Assembly: GCA_040222015.1 (NCBI GenBank)
Contig: JAVJWO010000134.1
Location: forward strand, 39,035 to 103,034
Reading direction: 5' to 3'
Length of the DNA: 64,000 nucleotides
From: Coleofasciculus chthonoplastes F2-STO-03
GTDB lineage: Bacteria > Cyanobacteriota > Cyanobacteriia > Cyanobacteriales > Coleofasciculaceae
The notes under the pieces were generated by a model. The model ran no database searches. It was given only the letters and a program-made list of their open reading frames with translations, and was not told the DNA's origin. This document shows positions 26,832-37,654 of the stretch, in pieces. Both the position numbers and the translations under genes were made by a program. Numbering within the stretch: position 1 is the stretch's first letter; each line of letters starts with the position of its first letter.

Positions 26832-29800
26832 ATGCCTTTTGCTGTAGATTTTGATGTTGCCAACGATTGGGGAAGTGGCTTTACCGCGAATCTTTCAATT
26901 GCCAACAATAGTTCCAGCAATGTAAATGGTTGGACTCTGGAGTTTGACGCTCCCTTTCAAATTACTAATATCTGGGGTGCGGAAATTGTTAGTCAAGAGG
27001 GCAACCGTTATACAGTTCGCAACCTCAGTTATAACGGCACGCTAGCGGCTGACGGTACAGTCTCTATCGGTTTCAACGGTAGCGGCGAGAGTATTGAACC
27101 AACAGGTTATAGTCTCAATCAAGAATCCATTGGCACGTCTCCCTCCATACCGACGCTTTCTGTTGATAATGTAACGGTTACTGAAGGTGACAGTGGTACG
27201 GTTGCGGCTGAGTTTGTCGTCAACCTGTCCGAAGCCAGTGACCAAGAGGTGACCGTTGAGTATGGGACTGACAATGGTACAGCCACGGCGGGGTCTGACT
27301 ACACCGCTAAATCGGGTACGCTTACCTTTGCGGCGGGAGAAACCTCGAAAATCATCAGTGTACCTGTAACTGGGGACACGACAGTCGAGAGCAATGAAAC
27401 CTTCAAACTAAATCTCTCTAGTCCCAGCAACGCCACCATTGCAGATGCTCAGGGAGTGGGTACGATTCGCAATGATGACTCTAGCACTCCCCCAGCTAAT
27501 ACCCCCATCCGAGTTCAAGCGGAAAACTATGTCAATTTCTTCGATAAAAGCTCAGGCAATGCAGGGGGGACGTATCGCTCTGATAATGTTGATATCCAAG
27601 CCACCACAGATATAGGTGGCGGCTACAATGTGGGCTGGATTCAGCAAGGAGAATGGCTAACCTATAATGTCAACATTCCTGAAGCCGGAGCCTACGACAT
27701 TGTCGCTCGTGTTGCCTCAGCGCGGCAAGGTACGCGCAGCTTAAAGGTTTCGGTAGGAAATCAAAGCGAAACCTTGACCTTTGGCGAAACGGGTGGCTGG
27801 CAATCTTGGCAAAATGTGACAGCTCAAGGGGTAAACCTCTCCGCAGGGAGTCAGCAATTGCGTCTGGATATGCTCTCCGACTCGTTCAATGTTAACTACA
27901 TTGATATTGTCCCCAGTACCAGTTCACCCACACCACCAACCCTTTCGATTAATAATGTCAGCATCACCGAAGGTAATAGCGGCACTAAAAACGCGACATT
28001 TACCGTTGACCTCTCAGCCGCGAGTACTCAAACCGTCAGCGTTAATTATGCCACGGCGAATGACACCGCCATTGCTGGGTCTGACTATACCGCTAAATCC
28101 GGTACACTGAGTTTCACCCCTGGGCAGACCAGTAAAACGTTCACTGTACCGATTATCGGTGACACCCTGGATGAGGCAAATGAAACCTTTAAGGTGAACC
28201 TGTCCCAAGCCAATAACGCGACAATTAGCGATTCTCAAGGAGTTGGCACAATTATCGATAATGATGATTCTGCCCCAGTCCTGCCCCAGTTATCAATTAA
28301 TGATGTCAGCATCACCGAAGGGGATAGTGGCACTAAAAATGCGACGTTTACTGTCAACCTCTCAGCCGCGAGTACTCAGACTGTTGGTGTTAGCTACGCC
28401 ACGGCGAATGATACAGCTATTGCCGGGTCTGACTATACCGCTAAGTCCGGTACATTAAGTTTCAACCCTGGGCAAACCAATAAGACATTTAACGTACCCA
28501 TCTTGGGTGACACAACGGTAGAGGGTAATGAAACCTTTAAGGTCAACCTCACCCAAGCCACCAACGCCACGATTGGCGACTCTCAAGGGGTGGGAACGAT
28601 TCTTAACAACGATATTTCCCAACCCCCTCCTCAGCAAGGGGATTTTAATTATGGGGAAGCGCTGCAAAAGTCTATTCTCTTCTACTATGCTCAACGTTCT
28701 GGCGACTTACCCGACCACAATCCTCTCCCTTGGCGCGGTGATTCTGCTCTAAATGATGGCTCAGATGTGGGAGTTGACCTGAGGGGCGGTTACTACGACG
28801 CGGGAGACCACGTTAAGTTTGGCTTACCAGGCGCCGCTTCCCTAACGATGCTGGGTTGGGGTGCGGTTGAATACCAGGAGGCTTATCAGCAAAGTGGACA
28901 ATTTGAAGAGATTCTGGATTCGATTAAGTGGGGGACTGATTACATCCTCAAAGCTCATGTCACCGATGGTCAAAGCACCCAAGCGTTTTACGGACAGGTG
29001 GGAGACGGTAACATTGACCACGCTTTCTGGGGCGCTCCGGAAGACATGACCATGGAAAGACCCGCCTTTAAAATTGACCCTCAGAATCCTGGGTCTGATT
29101 TAGCTGGGGAAGCGGCGGCGTCTCTGGCGGCGGCTTCGATTGTCTTCCGAGGGGTAGACGAAGCCTACGCGGATACCCTGCTACAGAACGCCGAACAACT
29201 CTACGATTTTGCTGACCAATATCGCGGCACATATACCGACGCGATTCCAGATGCGGGTCAATTCTACAATTCCTTCAGCGGCTTCCAAGACGAGCTAGTT
29301 TGGGGCGCGACTTGGCTGCACAAAGCAACGGAGGCGGCGGGTAGTACGGATACGACGTATCTCAACAAAGCCGAAAGTTTATACCAAGGAATTGGTCCAG
29401 GGTGGACGCAATCGTGGGATGACAAGTCTTATGGCGCGGCTATCTTGTTAGCTCAGGAAACTGGGAAGTCTGAGTATAAGAGTGATGTGGAAGGCTGGTT
29501 AGATTCCTGGCTTCCCGGCGGTAGCACCCCAACCTATACCGATGGTGGACTTGCATGGCTGAGTCAGTGGGGTTCTCTGCGCTACAGCGCCAATACCTCA
29601 TTCCTGGCTGGCGTCTACGCGGATACGGTGAATGACCCCAATGGTCAATACTCGGAGTTTGCTGAAGGGCAAATTGACTACATCTTAGGCGATAATCCCC
29701 GCGACTTCAGCTATATGGTGGGTTTTGGTGAGGACTATGCACTCAATCCCCACCATCGTGCGGCTTCTGGAGTGACAAATATCAGTGATTCTCGCAATAA

Positions 29801-30038
29801 TCTACACACCCTCTACGGGGCACTTGTTGGAGGTCCAGCTTCAGCTAATGATTTTGATTATGTCGATGACCGCACTGACTTCATCCGCAATGAAGTGGCG
29901 ATGGACTACAATGCTGGCTTAACCGGGGCATTGGCTAGAATGTACGGTGAATTTGGCGGACAAACGCTTGATAGTATTTCGGGAATTAATCTCGATAACT
30001 TGAATGCGTTAACCGTTGCCGATGTAGTCGCGCCCTAA
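26832..30038 (+). CDS. modular endoglucanase: CBM2 - Calx-beta - CBM6 - 2x Calx-beta - GH9
   Basis: NDWGSGF/GWTLEF (CBM2), TATAGSDY..GTLTF (Calx-beta), NVGWIQQGEWLTY/TGGWQSW (CBM6), GGYYDAGDHVKF, HHR, NEVAMDYNA (GH9); AGGAG RBS before ATG 26832. Confidence 0.92.
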   Translation: MPFAVDFDVANDWGSGFTANLSIANNSSSNVNGWTLEFDAPFQITNIWGAEIVSQEGNRYTVRNLSYNGTLAADGTVSIGFNGSGESIEPTGYSLNQESIGTSPSIPTLSVDNVTVTEGDSGTVAAEFVVNLSEASDQEVTVEYGTDNGTATAGSDYTAKSGTLTFAAGETSKIISVPVTGDTTVESNETFKLNLSSPSNATIADAQGVGTIRNDDSSTPPANTPIRVQAENYVNFFDKSSGNAGGTYRSDNVDIQATTDIGGGYNVGWIQQGEWLTYNVNIPEAGAYDIVARVASARQGTRSLKVSVGNQSETLTFGETGGWQSWQNVTAQGVNLSAGSQQLRLDMLSDSFNVNYIDIVPSTSSPTPPTLSINNVSITEGNSGTKNATFTVDLSAASTQTVSVNYATANDTAIAGSDYTAKSGTLSFTPGQTSKTFTVPIIGDTLDEANETFKVNLSQANNATISDSQGVGTIIDNDDSAPVLPQLSINDVSITEGDSGTKNATFTVNLSAASTQTVGVSYATANDTAIAGSDYTAKSGTLSFNPGQTNKTFNVPILGDTTVEGNETFKVNLTQATNATIGDSQGVGTILNNDISQPPPQQGDFNYGEALQKSILFYYAQRSGDLPDHNPLPWRGDSALNDGSDVGVDLRGGYYDAGDHVKFGLPGAASLTMLGWGAVEYQEAYQQSGQFEEILDSIKWGTDYILKAHVTDGQSTQAFYGQVGDGNIDHAFWGAPEDMTMERPAFKIDPQNPGSDLAGEAAASLAAASIVFRGVDEAYADTLLQNAEQLYDFADQYRGTYTDAIPDAGQFYNSFSGFQDELVWGATWLHKATEAAGSTDTTYLNKAESLYQGIGPGWTQSWDDKSYGAAILLAQETGKSEYKSDVEGWLDSWLPGGSTPTYTDGGLAWLSQWGSLRYSANTSFLAGVYADTVNDPNGQYSEFAEGQIDYILGDNPRDFSYMVGFGEDYALNPHHRAASGVTNISDSRNNLHTLYGALVGGPASANDFDYVDDRTDFIRNEVAMDYNAGLTGALARMYGEFGGQTLDSISGINLDNLNALTVADVVAP

Positions 30039-30163
30039 GCTGTTCGGCATTTAAACCTTAATGTCAATAATGACGAAATCCTTGTAGTGCGTTAAGCGAA
30101 GCCATGCCGCAGGCTTTGCATCTTGCTCGCTACTAATACCCAATTTAAATGCATGACAGCTTA
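30036..30163 (+). mobile_element. second copy of REP-carrying MITE; REP interrupted by a 26-bp insert TTAAGCGAAGCCATGCCGCAGGCTTT
   Basis: Alignment by eye with 26619-26721; supplies the GH9 stop codon. Confidence 0.75.
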
Positions 30164-30649
30164 GAGAAGGGAAAGTAGAGACGTTGCATGCAACGTCTCT
30201 ACATAAATGATGTGTCCTAACAGCTATGGCAGTTGCTATATCTTGCTTGCCAATTTAGTTTGATTAGAACTAATTAGTAGGGGAATTCTACCGCACCGAG
30301 TCTTTAAAATCAATAGCTGCGTTTCTCAGGAGACGCGGCTTTTTCCCTTGTTTCGTTCTTGTGCCAGATGGAAAATTGATCAGACAGAAGTAGTCGAACT
30401 TTCATTAAAGTTGACAGTTGAGATGAGGAAACAGGCAACAGGCAACAGTAAGGATTTGAGGCTTGTTAACATTTCTGAGGATATATTTTCAAATAGACTG
30501 AACTATTCGCCAGGGCAAGGTGCAAATTTTGATTAATGCATCTGGTTACCCATTGTATCTGTGCAATTGGGTAGATATTTTATGGCATAATTAGGGATTA
30601 TTATACTGTTGTCTATAGAAAATTAAGCAAATAGACCCCACAACTGTCC

Positions 30650-30886
30650 TTGGTGAAGTTAGCGATGACAACAATTGGATTTAAACGCATGCGGCTGAAA
30701 TCCCATGCTCAGATTAAACGCTTGATTGATTTTCATGAGCAACGCATGAGGCAATTATCAAACACGGTCGATAAAAAGCATACCTGTCGATATTATGCAA
30801 ATTCAGCATTCTTGCTTTGTGCTGTAAACCCTCTCGGTTCCTGCGAAGGCTGTCACGAGTATGAACCGGAGGTAACGTCAGATTAA
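30650..30886 (+). CDS. small Cys-rich protein (DUF6464-like)
   Basis: CRYYANSAFLLCAVNPLGSCEGCHEYE motif; start uncertain. Confidence 0.7.
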   Translation: MVKLAMTTIGFKRMRLKSHAQIKRLIDFHEQRMRQLSNTVDKKHTCRYYANSAFLLCAVNPLGSCEGCHEYEPEVTSD

Positions 30887-31047
30887 CGCTGATACAATTA
30901 AACTTTGGACTTTGGACAAAATCAACAAGTTTGCGGATTATTTACGCAAATAAAGTAATAGACAATAGCTCCTCTATCTCAGCTCGAAGAAAAGCTCAGA
31001 AATACCGGATTTAGAAGGTTACAGACTAAAGCTTAGGAGACTTGGCT

Positions 31048-32481
31048 CTATTGATTTTTACAAAAGGGTTGTTTTTTGATAACTTTATGACGGGTTCTCG
31101 GCTCTTTTTTTTCACCTTTAATTCTTCCAGGTGAATAACCACGACGTTTGGGGGATTGAGCCGGAGTACCCAAAGACGAAATAATTCGGTAGAAGTCCCG
31201 TTGAACTAAGCTGGGTGTAACTTTGAGCGATTCAGTTTGAGTCAAATAACTCTCCCAAGGACGGGGTAAAACAGTCGCTAATTTCCTGGCTTGCCACAAA
31301 TTTACATAAGCTAACAAGGTCAGTTTAAACCAATTCTCTTCGTGATAAAGTTCAGGCGTAAAATAGGTAGTCATCAACAATTTTTGTTTACCAAAACGAA
31401 AAAAGTGTTCTAAATCATAACGTTGTCCATAAGCTTGATGACAGTCTTGAAGGCTTAACTCATGACGGCGAGAACCAATCACAATCAACCACATAGGTTT
31501 CCAAATAGATTTCCCCGTGTCATCACTCACCACAACTTGAAGTAATCGAAAAGGATGTTTGTGCATCTTGTAATTTTTAGTTCCTTTCATTAACAGTTGA
31601 TTCCAACCGGAAATTTTGAGATTCAGGCTCCGTCCTCTTTTAGTCGTCAAGGTTGATTGAAATACTTCATCGGGTTCGCCCCAAGTTGTCTCGTCTTTAA
31701 GGTCAAATCTGTCTCCATACCAACGAGGATGACCCAATGATTGTTTAGGAGAATCTGAGGGAATAAATTTCCGGTAGAATACTCGATTGCTTTTAACTCG
31801 AATAATGGAAACCAAATTATCTTCATTGACTTGTTGATTGAGAAAAGCTCGTTGACTGTAGAGACTATCCGCTACGAGAACGGATAACTTATCTTTCCAG
31901 GGAGCTGATTCATAATTCAGAATTTTTGTCAGTTGAGTTTGAGCCACATCAATATCTTTTTTGTCCGCAGAAACTCGTTGTCAAGACTTGGGAATTGCCC
32001 AAGAGACATTGAAGGCTTCACTGGCTTCTGGCAAAGCAGCAACGACCGAGTAAGAGTGACCAATATTTACAGGCTTATTTCCTTTAATAGCATTGGGTTG
32101 ATAGATATAGGTTTTGTCTGATAAAGTGGCTGAATAAGGTCTGGGACAAGGAGTTGCGTCTACTCCAAATAGGTAGAAATGCTGCTGAACTGGGTCAGGA
32201 ACTGTAGCCGAAATGACTGAAAATAAGTCATCAATAGCTTTTTGATAGTCGGGATGACTTGGAGTCGGCAAAAAGTCTTGAATACCTTTATATAAACTGT
32301 TATAATCTCGGCGGAACAAAGGATTCAATGACAGTTCAGCGACTGAAGAAGCTTGTAAGTTAGATGAAAGAGAATCGAGTAACTCCATGACTGAACAGCG
32401 TCGAGAACCAAGAGCTTGATAGAGATGGTTTCTCCATTGGAGAAAGTCTTGGACGTCGGCAGCCAATTTTTGCTTGGTCAT
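31048..32481 (-). pseudogene. frameshifted DDE transposase (IS701/IS4-like)
   Basis: Two consecutive ORFs (32481-31981, 31947-31048) with FGVDATPCPRP, VADSLYS, YGQRYDLEHFFRFGKQ; frame change near 31985. Confidence 0.85.
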
Positions 32482-32564
32482 TTGCTAAAACTCCCGGTAA
32501 ATTAATCAGCGTAATATATACGCAAACTTAATTATAATAGAAGAGTGGTTTAATCTGTAAGCTA

Positions 32565-32999
32565 ATGTCAAAATACAATTCCTTAAAGACCACTCAAGAA
32601 GTCTCGCTCAGAGTCAAACAAATCAAGGCGACTATTCGTAAGCTAAAGCGACAAATCCAAAAAATAGCTTCAGAAGGAGAAGTGGCTCCGCCTCATTGTC
32701 ATGTGATTCGTTATCAGACAAAGCAAAATCAAAAAATTTACTGGTAGTATAAACTACAAGCCATTGAGCCGATTTTTCCTAGGGCTAGTGACAAGAAGAA
32801 AAAAAGCAAATATTTATATTTAGGAAAAGCGGGAAGTGAGGCTCATATTGATGCTGTGGAGAAAGTAACAAGAAGGGGACTTATCGACGAATTGGAAAGA
32901 GTTATTAATTCTCTCCAGGAAAGTTATTTAGATGTTTGTTTTGGGGGAGAAACTGAGCCGGATATCTCTGGGGAAAATGAGGGAGTTAAAGACGAGTAA
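32565..32999 (+). pseudogene. IS passenger ORF (144 codons) with an in-frame TAG at 32745-32747
   Basis: Reading continues in frame after TAG: YKLQAIEPIFP...YLYLGKAGSEAH...GVKDE, TAA at 32997-32999. Confidence 0.7.
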
Positions 33000-33133
33000 A
33001 ACTTTTCAGTCATGGTCAAATTAATTCCTCTTAATTAAGTTAAAACTATATTTGCGTATAACTTACGCAAATGTAGTTTTTTTGTCCAAAGTCCAATTAA
33101 ACTACTATTTAAAAGTAAAATTTGCCAGAAATT

Positions 33134-33544
33134 TTATGACGGAGTATGAGTGACAGGAATATCAAACTCAGGATTTGATGTACCTGCTCTATAGTTGGGA
33201 GGTAAACCTATCCTCTGGAGCAAATCCGTCCATGTTATTTTGCAATCAGACAACGCATTCTTGGGTAAGGTTCTGATTAATACTTTGTGAGAGTTAATTG
33301 CAACTATAGGGTTAAGTTCCCCACGACTAAAGCTTCTTGTATTAGCCGGAGCAATGAGCACTCCAATTATTTTGTAGGAACTTGGATTTATATACACTGC
33401 TTCTAATGATGTAGAGTTACTAATAAAGATAACTTGATCATTCGTATTCAAAATCAAGCAAAAGTCATCCAAAGATTTGGGATTTTCTTGAGATTCAATT
33501 TCGGGAATATCCGGTAAGCTCTCACCTGTACAATCCAAAGGCAT
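33134..33544 (-). CDS. hypothetical protein, downstream partner of ABC/AAA ATPase
   Basis: 136-aa ORF starting 6 bp after the ATPase stop; AT-rich. Confidence 0.6.
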   Translation of the reverse strand: MPLDCTGESLPDIPEIESQENPKSLDDFCLILNTNDQVIFISNSTSLEAVYINPSSYKIIGVLIAPANTRSFSRGELNPIVAINSHKVLIRTLPKNALSDCKITWTDLLQRIGLPPNYRAGTSNPEFDIPVTHTPS

Positions 33545-33550
33545 TACACG

Positions 33551-34783
33551 CTATCTCCACAAAATGTCATAAGCTTGAATTTGGTTATACTGCATCTCAA
33601 GATTGCCCAATACACTGGACAGCTTACTTTCATCCAATTGCCCAGATTCTTGATCGCGAATTGAAACAGCAGTCCCCTCTGAAAATAAATAGGCTGACAA
33701 CTGATTGGATGGGAGCCTAAATGAAGAGTTGGGAATATTTTCAAAATTTTGTTCAGGCAAATTCTGAGCCGCTAAAATCAAATTATTTAAAACATATAAT
33801 ACAAATATTGAGTGAGTGGTAATGACAAGCCTAAATCCTTTATTACATAAGTAACTTAATAGTTTTGTAATAGCAACTTGAGCAGAAGGATGAAGGTGTG
33901 TTTCTGGTTCTTCAATATGTATGAATAATGGTCTTTGCCATGTTTCCCATCCAAACATTGCTTGAGCAATGGAAACCATGGGCCAAGTTTCCATTTGCCC
34001 CGAAGATGCCATTTCTATTTCAATTGGACGATTACTATTTTCAGGCATCCATTGCCATCTACGAGCATAAGGTCCCTTTCTAGAAAAAACGGCATACCCA
34101 CGTAATTCATGGGTAATTATTTTATCGATTTCGCTCACTTCTAATGGCTTTCCCTGAGAACTTTCTTGCCATTTTTGATGAGTATCTGCTGACTTGAAGA
34201 GAAACGTCGTAAATTCACGCATTGTAATAGGTAGTTCAGACCCTCCTAGAGACTGGGGATCTGAATTAATTAACCGTGAAAAAAACGATCGCTCTGCTGG
34301 AATAAATAGGGCATTTGATTGAATATCTCCTGATGATGAGGGATTCTCTGCTATTTTCATCAACCATGATTTAATTGCCTGATTAAACTCGCGCCTCGGT
34401 CGGATTTTCCGGTTTGACTCATAGCAGGTAATTGTCCAGTCATAGTCATCTTGATTACTGTCTTGTGTTTTGTACTGAATATCGACATTGTTTCCCATTA
34501 CAAAAGAAGAAAATGATCGGGCACTCTTTTCTCCTGAACGAATACCTTCTATTACTTTTCGGACACTAATTTCTGGACTTTCTTGCTTTGAATGAGTAGA
34601 AATTAAGTATTGTGCATCACGAAAGAAATATAACAATTGACTTACTAGAGATTTACCTGTTCCTTGTGGTCCAATAAAAACGGTGAGAGGAGATATTTCT
34701 AAGGTAAGAGGAGCATCTATAGCCTTAATCGGACCTAAATGCCCACGGATTTCAATACTCTCTTGATTTTTTTCGTTTATCAT
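33551..34783 (-). CDS. ABC-type (AAA_15/AAA_21-like) ATPase
   Basis: Walker A GPQGTGKS, FIPAER, signature ASSGQ, Walker B/D-loop IEEPETHLHP, H-loop ITTHS; probable ATG 34783. Confidence 0.85.
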   Translation of the reverse strand: MINEKNQESIEIRGHLGPIKAIDAPLTLEISPLTVFIGPQGTGKSLVSQLLYFFRDAQYLISTHSKQESPEISVRKVIEGIRSGEKSARSFSSFVMGNNVDIQYKTQDSNQDDYDWTITCYESNRKIRPRREFNQAIKSWLMKIAENPSSSGDIQSNALFIPAERSFFSRLINSDPQSLGGSELPITMREFTTFLFKSADTHQKWQESSQGKPLEVSEIDKIITHELRGYAVFSRKGPYARRWQWMPENSNRPIEIEMASSGQMETWPMVSIAQAMFGWETWQRPLFIHIEEPETHLHPSAQVAITKLLSYLCNKGFRLVITTHSIFVLYVLNNLILAAQNLPEQNFENIPNSSFRLPSNQLSAYLFSEGTAVSIRDQESGQLDESKLSSVLGNLEMQYNQIQAYDILWR

Positions 34784-34839
34784 TATGTACTCCCCATTTT
34801 GTGGGTTAACTAAAGCTAGGTTATCAGGGCGCAAGCATT

Positions 34840-35024
34840 CATCCGTGTCAACTTAAGCCATAACCCTTACCAATTCTAATTTTCAGCTATGGGGTTTCTG
34901 CTCCCCCGGTTCTTTTAAAGGGCGGGTTTATTCAAGTTATCAGTTTGGTGCTCCCATGTTATCTGTAAAACCCGCCCATACCCCCCCCGCTCTAAGAGCT
35001 ATTTACCTTAAGTTGACACCAATG
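34840..35024. mobile_element. MITE with 18-bp TIR CAT(CC/TG)GTGTCAACTTAAG and 9-bp TSD GCAAGCATT, inserted into a REP hairpin
   Basis: TSD 34831-34839 and 35025-35033; removal restores GGGCGCAAGCATTGCGCCCCTAC. Confidence 0.88.
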
Positions 35025-35093
35025 GCAAGCATTGCGCCCCTACAAATCCATCCAATTTAGTTAACAGATTGCCGCTTTGATTGCAACTTGGTA

Positions 35094-36566
35094 TTATGCC
35101 AAAACCCAGTGAACCAGCGTGCGAACCGGAAAACCTGTCGCTCCAGCATTACTGCATCCGTCTTCTTTATCTGCCCAAACCGGACCTGCGATGTCTAAAT
35201 GCGCCCAGGATGTCTCTTTCACAAACTGCTTTAAAAATAGGGCGGCTGTGATTGAACCCCCTGCACGAGGACCGGTGTTTTTCATGTCAGCAATGGGTGA
35301 TTTCATTCCCTCAAAGTATTTCTCTTCCATCGGCATCTGCCAGAATTTTTCGCCTGCTTTTTCTGATGCGGTTTTGAATTGAGCCGCGAGGGTGTCATCG
35401 GTTGTCCAAAGTCCACCAATATTATTGCCGAGAGCCACAACACAAGCCCCGGTGAGGGTGGCTAAATCCACGATCGCGTCTACCTCCAACTTTTCGGCAA
35501 ACACCAACGCATCAGCCAGAGTCAGCCGCCCTTCAGCGTCGGTGTTATTCACTTCTATGGTTTTGCCATTGGATGCGGTGATGATATCACCGGGATGCAA
35601 TGCATGACCACTGATCATATTCTCTGTTGCCGCACTAATAAAGTGAACCTCGACATCTGGCTTTAATTGACCAATCGCCTTAGCTGCACCAAAGGTAGCA
35701 CCCGCCCCTCCCATATCCATTTTCATGGTTTCGATACCGCTACCTGAGACTTTCAGGTTCAAGCCACCGGAATCAAAGGTTAATCCCTTCCCCACAATCG
35801 CCACTTTCCGACGTGGTGTTCCTTCGGGTTTATAGGTGAGATGAATAAACTTGGGTGGCATTTCTGAGGCTTGGGCTACACCCAAAAACGCGCCCATGCC
35901 TAATTTTTCACATTCGTCTTTTTCTAATACTTCTAGCGTCATCCCATAAGCCGAGGCAATATCCTGGGCTGTCTGTGCCAAGGTTAGGGGAGTGACAGAA
36001 TTCGGCGGGGCGGCGACTAACTCTCGTGCTAAGATTACCCCTTGACAAATGGCATTCCCTTGGTTAATGGCGGCTTGCACATCACCAAGTCCGAGTAATT
36101 CAACCTGTTCTAATTTTGCTCCCTTATCTTCGGGTTCTGACTTAAAGCGATTATCCAGATGCAATGCTAGAGTAATCCCTTCTGCGATCGCCTGAGCGCT
36201 GAGTGCGGTATCATTATTCGCCGCCGGGAGACTAACACCCAGAGTTTTACTCTTTTGCTGCTTTGCCATCCGCGCGATCGCAGCCGCTACTCGACGTAAA
36301 CTATCTACGGTTAGGGTATCGGATTTCCCCAACCCGACTAAAATAACCTTACGAACTGAGCTACCGGCACCCACACGAGTTACAGCACTACTGCCAACGC
36401 TTCCTTTAAACTCGGTTTCCTCAATCAGTTCCTTCAGCGTACCGGAGAGTTTCTGATCAAGCTGGGCTAAATCGCCCGTTAACTCTACAGCATCTTCAAA
36501 GAATCCCAGTGCTAGGGCATCACCAGTCCAATCTACCCGTGGTGTATCCGTGGCTCGAATTTCCAT
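35094..36566 (-). CDS. pepA: leucyl aminopeptidase (M17)
   Basis: [35 protein letters not shown]; probable ATG 36566. Confidence 0.96.
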   Translation of the reverse strand: MEIRATDTPRVDWTGDALALGFFEDAVELTGDLAQLDQKLSGTLKELIEETEFKGSVGSSAVTRVGAGSSVRKVILVGLGKSDTLTVDSLRRVAAAIARMAKQQKSKTLGVSLPAANNDTALSAQAIAEGITLALHLDNRFKSEPEDKGAKLEQVELLGLGDVQAAINQGNAICQGVILARELVAAPPNSVTPLTLAQTAQDIASAYGMTLEVLEKDECEKLGMGAFLGVAQASEMPPKFIHLTYKPEGTPRRKVAIVGKGLTFDSGGLNLKVSGSGIETMKMDMGGAGATFGAAKAIGQLKPDVEVHFISAATENMISGHALHPGDIITASNGKTIEVNNTDAEGRLTLADALVFAEKLEVDAIVDLATLTGACVVALGNNIGGLWTTDDTLAAQFKTASEKAGEKFWQMPMEEKYFEGMKSPIADMKNTGPRAGGSITAALFLKQFVKETSWAHLDIAGPVWADKEDGCSNAGATGFPVRTLVHWVLA

Positions 36567-36917
36567 TCCTTGGTTCTGTCTCTTATCGTTTACCTCATCT
36601 TTTAGTATTGCACTCGTCATTGGTTCTTTGTCTTCTGGATAAAAGCATTCTACTATAAGGCAAGGCTATAATCTAGCTATATCAAGGTTTTTATCCTTTA
36701 TCCATGAGGCTTGTTGTCTAACTAGCTACACTTCCCCCCAGCATCGGGAAGAACCAAAATGTCCAAGTTGTCGGCTAGCCAAACAGCACTCCCAGCATTG
36801 AACACACCAATGTCAATGATTCACAATTGAGCAAGTGAGTTCAATCATGATGAGTTTACCTTTGACTAAGAGGATAAAGCATAACTTGAAAGCTTGTGAT
36901 AAACTTCTAGTGCTTGC

Positions 36918-37643
36918 CTAACTTGTTTTTTGACAAATTAAGACTCTCCGCCAAGACTCATTTTCATCAAACGGATTTCCCAACAAATCGCCGTATGTTT
37001 CCCGGATTTCAAATCCAGTTTGCTGGAGAGCCTCTACCAATAAACTAGGAGAATAAAGAAATTCGTCACAGACGATATCGTATTTTTGAAACCCTTCTGA
37101 ACCGTTTCTAAAAATAGACCAATACTCTCGCCAATACTTCTCCTCTTTTAAGCTTTGAATCACGACAATAATGGAGTGATCCTCATTACTGTGGACTTCC
37201 TGGGTGCCATTGATCTTCCTAATTTCCACGGGATGATTAGGTAATTCGAGGAAGAATAATCCTCCGGGTTTTAAGTGTTCATAGCTACGTTGTAAACACT
37301 GATTGATCTCCTCATGGTTTTGCAGCAGCACCAAAGTAGAACTTAAAATCAGAATAGCATCAAAACTTTTTTGGAGATGGTACGATCGCATATCTCCTTG
37401 ATGTAGCTTCAACTCCGGTTCTTTCTTCTGAGTTACCTTAATCATCTCTGGGCTAATTTCTAGCCCTTCGATACTCAATCCCTGTTGTTTTAAAGGAATG
37501 GTAAATAAACCCGATCCACAGCCCAGTTCTAAAACATCCTGTGCTTGATATTTACCTAAAATATCAACAACAAAAGGAACCTTTTTGTGGACATCGGTAT
37601 AAACCAAGTCATAAGCCTCATTGATGCTATCGTAGACAGCCAT
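36918..37643 (-). CDS. class I SAM-dependent methyltransferase
   Basis: VLELGCGSG, QGDMR, HLKPGGLF. Confidence 0.88.
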   Translation of the reverse strand: MAVYDSINEAYDLVYTDVHKKVPFVVDILGKYQAQDVLELGCGSGLFTIPLKQQGLSIEGLEISPEMIKVTQKKEPELKLHQGDMRSYHLQKSFDAILILSSTLVLLQNHEEINQCLQRSYEHLKPGGLFFLELPNHPVEIRKINGTQEVHSNEDHSIIVVIQSLKEEKYWREYWSIFRNGSEGFQKYDIVCDEFLYSPSLLVEALQQTGFEIRETYGDLLGNPFDENESWRRVLICQKTS

Positions 37644-37654
37644 TACTATTCCTC

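Larger units (their letters stand above)
30905..33096. mobile_element. insertion sequence, 2192 bp, 17-bp perfect (~48-bp imperfect) TIR TTGGACTTTGGACAAAA, 7-bp TSD TTAAACT
   Basis: TSD at 30898-30904 and 33097-33103; encloses transposase and a divergent ORF. Confidence 0.9.

Noticed and set aside
26576..26920. 114-aa minus-strand ORF containing EQDARTT
   Set aside because: Antisense to the cellulase start and runs through the MITE/REP.
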